Positions 48,297 to 55,446 of a stretch of 55,446 nucleotides of DNA are shown in pieces. The number at the start of each line of letters is the position of its first letter. The first letter of the stretch is position 1. The notes under the pieces are model-generated. The model was not told the origin of the DNA and did not search any database. It was given only the letters and a program-made list of their open reading frames with translations. The DNA lies in assembly GCA_051747885.1 (NCBI GenBank), contig JBNJGR010000003.1, forward strand, positions 1-55,446. Direction: 5' to 3'. The stretch is from Bacteroidota bacterium. GTDB lineage: Bacteria > Bacteroidota > Bacteroidia > Bacteroidales > Prolixibacteraceae. A program made the position numbers and the translations under genes.

Positions 48297-48550
48297 AACT
48301 TTCATTTTTAAGTTTAACATGAACTTCGCTGCAAACATATATGTTTTTCGGCATTATGCTGTAAAACATACGTTAATAATACATCAAATAAATGTGAAAT
48401 TAACTTATAATAATTGTTTCGTATCTTCACAAATTATTAACAGGCTTATTTGCAGTAAATTAAAAACAAATCGCTTTTACATCAAAAATCATGCCTTCAT
48501 TTAAATTAACTGTTAAATTAATTTTATTTAATTTCGGGTAAATTTTAAAT

Positions 48551-49264
48551 ATGGATGTACAAATACTGCAACTCCTTGACGGAGCAAAAAATGCAAGGGG
48601 CCTAACTGTAATTATAGATGTGTTTCGCGCTTTTTCCACAGCCTGCTATGCTTACGCGAAGAATGCAGCCAAAATAATTCCGGTAGGAAATATTGAAAAA
48701 GCCTATCAACTTAAACAAGATAATCCGGAATTTATTTTAATGGGAGAACGGGACGAAAGAAAACCACCCGGATTCGATTTTGGCAATTCACCTTCACTTC
48801 TTTCTTCTGCCAATCTCGCAGGCAAAACCATTGTGCACACCACAAGTTCGGGAACGCAGGGCATTGAAGCTGCACTCCGTGCTGATGAAATCATTACCGG
48901 AAGTTTTGTCAATGCTGCTGCCATCATACAGTACATACGGAGTCAAAACCCCGAAACAGTTTCGCTGGTTTGCATGGGCTACGCCTGCGAATACCCGACC
49001 GATGAAGATACGTTGTGTGCCGAATACATTAAAGATGAACTGCAAGGGCTGGACAATGATTTCGCCCGCATGAAAGAAATTATCCGCCAGGGTTCAGGAA
49101 AACGTTTTTTTGAACACGAAAATCAGGAATGGGCACCCAGCAGCGATTTTGAACTTTGCCTGCAAAAAAATATTTTTGATTTTTTGCTGAAAGTTAAAAA
49201 CAACGGCACCAACAATTATTTGCAAAAAGTACAAATCGCCGAAAAAACAAATACAATTACATGA
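48551..49264 (+). CDS. 2-phosphosulfolactate phosphatase (ComB family)
   Basis: VIIDVFRAFST, MGER, GFDFGNSP, TTSSGT, EDTLCA. Confidence 0.88.
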   Translation: MDVQILQLLDGAKNARGLTVIIDVFRAFSTACYAYAKNAAKIIPVGNIEKAYQLKQDNPEFILMGERDERKPPGFDFGNSPSLLSSANLAGKTIVHTTSSGTQGIEAALRADEIITGSFVNAAAIIQYIRSQNPETVSLVCMGYACEYPTDEDTLCAEYIKDELQGLDNDFARMKEIIRQGSGKRFFEHENQEWAPSSDFELCLQKNIFDFLLKVKNNGTNNYLQKVQIAEKTNTIT

Positions 49265-50442
49265 TAATGAAGAAATACGATTTTGATGAAATAATTCCTC
49301 GTGAAGGAACCGACTGCATAAAATACGACGCCCGTGAATGGATTTTTAAAACCAACGATGTGCTGCCGCTCTGGGTGGCCGACATGGATTTTCGCACACC
49401 CGATTTTATTGTTGAAGCCATAAAGGAACGTGCCGAACACGAAATATTCGGCTACACGTTTAAACCCAAATCCTATTTCAAGTCCATTATTGGCTGGATG
49501 CAGCGCCGGCACAACTGGAATGTTCAAAAAGAATGGATTTCATTCAGCCCGGGAGTGGTGGCCGGATTGACTCTTGCCATTGAAACTTTTTCGAACCCCG
49601 GAGATGAAGTGGTGGTACAGCCGCCTGTTTATTTCCCGTTTTTTGATTGTGTGAAAGGAACCAGGCGAAAACTGGTTGAAAATCCGCTCAAACTTGAAAA
49701 CGGGAGATACACTTTTGATTTTGAAGATTTAAAATCGAAAATCACCGGCAACACCAAACTACTGCTGCTCTGCAACCCGCAAAACCCGGGCGGAATGGTC
49801 TGGACAAAAGAAGAGCTGCAGGAACTCTCATCGATTTGCCTGAAAAACAACATCATGGTCATCTCCGATGAAATCCATTCCGATCTGGTTTTTGAAGGGC
49901 ATACGCATATTCCATTCGCTGCCATTTCAGAAGAAGCCGCCAGCAACTCGGTTGTTTTTATGGCCCCCAGCAAAACTTTCAATGTAGCCGGGCTTTCCTC
50001 TTCGGTAGTAATTATTCCAGACAAAACAAACTTTGCCCGTTACGAACGCGCGCTGAATGTCGGACATTTGGGAATGGGAAATATTTTCGGGACAGTGGCA
50101 CTCGAGGCGGCTTATGCTTATGGAGATGAATGGTTGGCTCAGATCCTGGACTACATTTGGGACAACTACCTATTTCTTAAAAAATTCATGAGCGAAAAAC
50201 TGCCAATAGTAAAGGTGATGAAACCCGAATCCACTTATCTGATCTGGCTCGACTTCAGCGAATACGGCATGAACGACAATGAACTTTTCAAATTCATGGT
50301 TAATGAGGCCAAAGTTGGATTAAACAACGGGGACAAATTCGGGACCGGCGGAAACGGATGGCTGCGAATTAACATTGGTTGTCCGCGAAGCATTCTCGAA
50401 GAAGGCCTGAACCGGCTGGAAAAAGCTTTCGGCAAACTTTAA
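49261..50442 (+). CDS. PatB/MalY-family PLP-dependent C-S lyase
   Basis: LPLWVADMDF, LCNPQNP, ISDEIHSD, APSKTFNVAGL, YLIWLD. Confidence 0.92.
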   Translation: MIMKKYDFDEIIPREGTDCIKYDAREWIFKTNDVLPLWVADMDFRTPDFIVEAIKERAEHEIFGYTFKPKSYFKSIIGWMQRRHNWNVQKEWISFSPGVVAGLTLAIETFSNPGDEVVVQPPVYFPFFDCVKGTRRKLVENPLKLENGRYTFDFEDLKSKITGNTKLLLLCNPQNPGGMVWTKEELQELSSICLKNNIMVISDEIHSDLVFEGHTHIPFAAISEEAASNSVVFMAPSKTFNVAGLSSSVVIIPDKTNFARYERALNVGHLGMGNIFGTVALEAAYAYGDEWLAQILDYIWDNYLFLKKFMSEKLPIVKVMKPESTYLIWLDFSEYGMNDNELFKFMVNEAKVGLNNGDKFGTGGNGWLRINIGCPRSILEEGLNRLEKAFGKL

Positions 50443-50449
50443 CAATTGC

Positions 50450-51436
50450 TCAGAAATATTTATTTTCCAGGAACCACCCGATGGCTTTTTCTGCGGCTGT
50501 GCGAACAGAAGTAAGTGGCAGGTTTAGTTCCTTCATTGCTTTGGCTGGTGTATAGTAATTGTCCATGCATAACATCCGCGCGTTAACACTGTTAATTTGC
50601 AAAGGCCTGTTCATGACTTTTTCAGAAAAATCGCCCCAAACTCCCAAACCCCGCATTAAAAACCTGGGAACGGGAACCAGCACCGGATTTTCGCCGGCAA
50701 TTTCAGCAGTCATTTTGAAAAAATCTTTATAGGTCATATTTTCGCCTGCCAGCAAATAGCACTCCCCTGTTCTCCCCTTTTCCATGGCATTTACAACGCC
50801 GGTGGCAGCCGATTCGGCATCCACAAAATTTTTACCCCCGGGCGGATAAAATGCAATTTTTTTATTCAGAATGTGCGAAAAAATCTGACCGCTGGCTGGC
50901 TTTACATCATTGGCTCCTATAATAAATGTAGGATTCACCACAACAGCATCGAGATTTTTGTTTCTTATCTCATCCAACACTTGTTGCTGGGCAAGATATT
51001 TACTGTACGCATATCCCGATTTTTTCATCCATTGATTGAAAGGATGTCGCTCGTCGCCAGGGTTTTCCATGGTCCCGTTTCCAATACAATTCGCAGTACT
51101 TACATAAACCAGCCGCTTTACCGGTTGTTTTTTGCACACATTAATACAATGCCCGGTGCTTTTAATATTTGGTTTCCTGTAGGGCTCCAGGCCAGATGGT
51201 TTTTGTGCTGTCCGCGCTGCAGTGTGAATAATAAAACTACAGCCTTTTGCTGCTTCGGCAATATCTTTTTTTTCAGTAACCTGTCCGAAAAAAAATTCAA
51301 TATCGAGCCCGTTTAAAGCCTTTAAATTACTTTGTTGCCGCACCATTGCCCGCACTGCATATTTTCTGCTTAACAATTCCCTGACAATATGCGCCCCAAG
51401 TAATCCGTTTGCTCCTGTAACAAGTACTTTTTCCAT
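50450..51436 (-). CDS. NAD-dependent epimerase/dehydratase (extended SDR)
   Basis: VTGANGLLG, YAYSK, VVVNPT, GRTGECYLL. Confidence 0.88.
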   Translation of the reverse strand: MEKVLVTGANGLLGAHIVRELLSRKYAVRAMVRQQSNLKALNGLDIEFFFGQVTEKKDIAEAAKGCSFIIHTAARTAQKPSGLEPYRKPNIKSTGHCINVCKKQPVKRLVYVSTANCIGNGTMENPGDERHPFNQWMKKSGYAYSKYLAQQQVLDEIRNKNLDAVVVNPTFIIGANDVKPASGQIFSHILNKKIAFYPPGGKNFVDAESAATGVVNAMEKGRTGECYLLAGENMTYKDFFKMTAEIAGENPVLVPVPRFLMRGLGVWGDFSEKVMNRPLQINSVNARMLCMDNYYTPAKAMKELNLPLTSVRTAAEKAIGWFLENKYF

Positions 51437-51437
51437 A

Positions 51438-52277
51438 TCATTTCGGTGAACTGCCTTGTAGTTTCTGATAATTGTTTTTTAGTTCAATATCCTTTCTGAT
51501 AGAAGACCGCATCATTTCAAGCCGCATCCATAAAGGTGTTATTTTAAGCAGTACCCAACTTATCTTATTTAAGAATCCGGGAATGATAATCCGTTTCCGC
51601 TTCAGCAAAGATTTAATACAGATTTGAGCCACTTTTTCTACGGAAAGTGTAGTCGTTCTGATTAAACGGTTGTAATTTTCAATACTGTGGGTAACTTCGG
51701 CATTAGTTTTCATCCCGCCCGGATGGGCCACACTTACCGATACTCCGGTTCCTTTCAACTCGGCATCCAACCCCCTCGAAAATGAATAAACAAAAGCTTT
51801 TGATGCCGGATAAACTGTTTTGAAAGGCATTGGACTAAAGGAAGCCATGCTGGCAATATTCAGTATGTATGCGTTTTCTTGCCGTTTCAGGTTGGGAAGC
51901 ATCAACCTTGTTAATAAAACAAGTGCATGCATGTTCAGCAGAACAATTTGTTCAACGTATTCAGTTTCAGCTTCTAAAAACGTTTTTACCCCGCCGAGCC
52001 CGGCATTATTGATAAGTATTTTAACTTCGTATTTTTCTGAAATGTACACAGCGAGTTTTTTCAACTCTTCCGGTTTTGTAAGATCAGCTTCAAAGGTACG
52101 TACCTGCACCCCATAATTTTGTGAAAAATAATTGCCCAGGATATTAATCTCTTCATTAGGGAGAGCTGTGAGCAGAAGATTCATACCACGCCTGGCACAT
52201 TCTTTTGCAAGTTCTTTTCCCAAACCACAACTTGCACCAGTTATCAGCACGTATTGTATTTCGGTTTTGTTATTCAT
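51438..52277 (-). CDS. Short-chain dehydrogenase/reductase
   Basis: ITGASCGLG, LINNAG, YPASK; ATG at 52277. Confidence 0.9.
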   Translation of the reverse strand: MNNKTEIQYVLITGASCGLGKELAKECARRGMNLLLTALPNEEINILGNYFSQNYGVQVRTFEADLTKPEELKKLAVYISEKYEVKILINNAGLGGVKTFLEAETEYVEQIVLLNMHALVLLTRLMLPNLKRQENAYILNIASMASFSPMPFKTVYPASKAFVYSFSRGLDAELKGTGVSVSVAHPGGMKTNAEVTHSIENYNRLIRTTTLSVEKVAQICIKSLLKRKRIIIPGFLNKISWVLLKITPLWMRLEMMRSSIRKDIELKNNYQKLQGSSPK

Positions 52278-52522
52278 AAAAACAATATAACGATATAAGA
52301 TATATGAGCAAATTTTTTCCTCTAAAACGTTTATTATCCGATGAATGTTACCCAAAAACACTTAAAACAACTTACAACCTGAATAGAGATCCTTTTTCTT
52401 ATAAGCACCCATCCATCGGTAATATGATAAAAGCAGCACAGGGTTCACCACACAAATTATTTTTGTGTATATTAGCATAAACGAACTAATGTTATTTATA
52501 AACAATTAAAAAATCAAGTAAA

Positions 52523-52807
52523 ATGGCAAATGAAGGATATCACGAAAAGATTTCGGAATTAAGTGAAGAAACAAAAAACATGCACCGTGCATTGGTTTCT
52601 TTAATGGAAGAAATTGAAGCTGTTGACTGGTACAACCAGCGTGTTGATGTGTGCAAAGACGAAGAGTTGAAAAAAATACTTGAACACAACCGCGATGAAG
52701 AAAAAGAACATGCGGCCATGTTAATGGAATGGATTCGCAGGAAAGACCCAAAATTTGAAGAAGAAATGAAGGATTACCTGTTTACTAAAAAAGAGATTTC
52801 GCACTAA
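52523..52807 (+). CDS. Encapsulin-associated ferritin-like protein (EncFtn family) without targeting peptide
   Basis: YHE...LS....MHRAL.SL.EE.EAVDWY.QR...C.D.EL..IL.HNRDEEKEHAAM..EWIRR. Confidence 0.88.
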   Translation: MANEGYHEKISELSEETKNMHRALVSLMEEIEAVDWYNQRVDVCKDEELKKILEHNRDEEKEHAAMLMEWIRRKDPKFEEEMKDYLFTKKEISH

Positions 52808-53793
52808 TCATTAAAATTGCGGACAATCCAGTTCACGGCAGTATCCGCATCCTGATCTCTCATACACCTGAAATGCTTTCGGGGACATTTTTTGTACCCG
52901 AGCTTGGAACAAGGCCTGCATTTCAGGTTTTTAATTTCCATAATTTTTGATGCCGGGTGAGGCTGGTAAGGCACCATTCCAAATTCAGGAATTGTATTGC
53001 CCCAGAAAGAAATAATTTTTTTGCCAAAGGCTGCAGCAATGTGCATGAGCCCGGTATCGTTGGTTAAAACTAATTTCGCATCCCGGACCAGGCTGGCCGA
53101 TTGATTCAGGCTTATTTTACCGGTTAGGTTGAGAATGTGTCCCTGTGTTTCATCCTCAATTTTTTCGCCTGCTTCCGTTTCGCTTTTACCGCCCAATAAA
53201 ACCACCGGGAAATTGATGTGGTTGCAAATTTCAGAAATTTTATCAACCGGAAGCTTTTTGGTGGCATACGTTCCGGCAATTATAAAAGCCACGTAACCAT
53301 TTTTAAATGCAGGCGGCAACTGAGATTTATCAAAAACCTCATTCTCAGGAATAAAAAAATCGAGCCCCTTCCCGTCATTTTTCACATCGAAAACCGAGAG
53401 GGTTTCAAGATAGCGATCGACAATATGCTTTTGGGGCAACCTGTTAATTTTAAATTGAACCAACAGTAATTTTTGAAAGTTCAGTTTATTAAATGAAAAC
53501 GACGGAATTTTCAGCCGGCTTTTTATACGGTTGCTTCTGAAATTCTGATGGAGATCGATTATGTAATCAAACTGCTCCTTTTCAAGCTCTTTAATCAGTT
53601 CGTTAATGTTTCCGGAGAAAGTATGTACTTTATCGATGTAAGGGTTCGAAATTACAAGTGTGGCGTGTTTTTTTTTGGTTACAAAATGAATTTCGGCACC
53701 CTCAACCTGTTGCTTTAGGCAACGAACCACGGGCGATGTTAAAACAATGTCGCCAATTGAACTGAACCGTATGACCAGGTATTTAATCTTCAT
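52804..53793 (-). CDS. Glycosyltransferase family 9 (LPS heptosyltransferase-like)
   Basis: IRFSSIGDIVL, NDTGLMHIAAA, CRPCS...CP..HFRCM. Confidence 0.92.
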   Translation of the reverse strand: MKIKYLVIRFSSIGDIVLTSPVVRCLKQQVEGAEIHFVTKKKHATLVISNPYIDKVHTFSGNINELIKELEKEQFDYIIDLHQNFRSNRIKSRLKIPSFSFNKLNFQKLLLVQFKINRLPQKHIVDRYLETLSVFDVKNDGKGLDFFIPENEVFDKSQLPPAFKNGYVAFIIAGTYATKKLPVDKISEICNHINFPVVLLGGKSETEAGEKIEDETQGHILNLTGKISLNQSASLVRDAKLVLTNDTGLMHIAAAFGKKIISFWGNTIPEFGMVPYQPHPASKIMEIKNLKCRPCSKLGYKKCPRKHFRCMRDQDADTAVNWIVRNFND

Positions 53794-53803
53794 GCATTTA
53801 AAT

Positions 53804-53835
53804 AAAAACCCCGGGGAAACGTCATCACCGGGGCT
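53804..53835 (-). terminator. Intrinsic terminator after atpD-atpC
   Basis: Minus strand GCCCCGG...CCGGGGT followed by TTTT. Confidence 0.65.
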
Positions 53836-53856
53836 ATGCGTACAAATTAGTGCATT

Positions 53857-54099
53857 CTAAACTGATTCAAGCAATACAATAATTTTATTTCTTTTATTCT
53901 CTACTACCCCACCTTCAATCTTAAAATTTTGTTTTTTGTTATCCTTGTCAATTACCCGGATAGTCCCTTTTGCAAGGGTAGAAATAATTGGGGCGTGGTT
54001 ATTTAAAATTTCGAACAGGCCTTTACTTCCCGGCAGCCTGATACGTTTAGCTTCTCCTGCAAATATTTTTTTATCGGGTGTAATTATTTCGAGAAACAT
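53857..54099 (-). CDS. atpC: F1 ATP synthase epsilon subunit (short, beta-sandwich only)
   Basis: LEIITPD, LPG..G.F.ILNNHAPIISTL. Confidence 0.93.
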   Translation of the reverse strand: MFLEIITPDKKIFAGEAKRIRLPGSKGLFEILNNHAPIISTLAKGTIRVIDKDNKKQNFKIEGGVVENKRNKIIVLLESV

Positions 54100-54116
54100 A
54101 GGAAAAATGTTAAATG

Positions 54117-55446
<1,330 letters not shown>

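Noticed and set aside
48551-49264. Coenzyme M biosynthesis
   Set aside because: ComB-family phosphatases are widespread in bacteria and no comA, comC, comD or comE genes are in the window
49261-50442. MalY-like protein as regulator of the maltose locus
   Set aside because: The E. coli MalY effect works through the activator MalT; here control appears LacI-based, and the gene is 9 kb away and coupled to a ComB-family gene

Overview
Chromosomal window from a Bacteroidota bacterium, judged from TAnnTTTG promoters, SusC/SusD genes, a T9SS C-terminal domain and Bacteroidota-type atp genes; a Marinilabiliales/Prolixibacteraceae-like lineage is a guess. It holds housekeeping genes (atpB-E-F-H-A-G, a separate atpD-atpC about 44 kb away, fabH, rpmF, yceD, panC, panD, rnr) and a LytS/LytTR system with its direct-repeat box. 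A large starch/maltodextrin utilization locus comprises susC, susD, a susE-like gene, a T9SS GH13 and a GH97, and, divergently, lacI, a maltose MFS, GH65 and GH13. Two type II toxin-antitoxin pairs and an orphan Dam-family methylase sit in or beside that locus. The most notable observations are: (1) a SusD with about 214 aa of tandem SusE/F-type starch-binding modules inserted inside it; (2) candidate small RNAs, two sharing a GGTT(T)AGTTTAG motif just before an intrinsic terminator and one behind a sigma54-like promoter; (3) the orphan dam gene between susC and lacI, next to LacI-type operators and two GATC sites; (4) an encapsulin-type ferritin with no targeting peptide and no shell gene nearby. 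I found no tRNA, rRNA, CRISPR array, transposase, integrase or reverse transcriptase. All family calls come from motif recognition by eye, not database searches.
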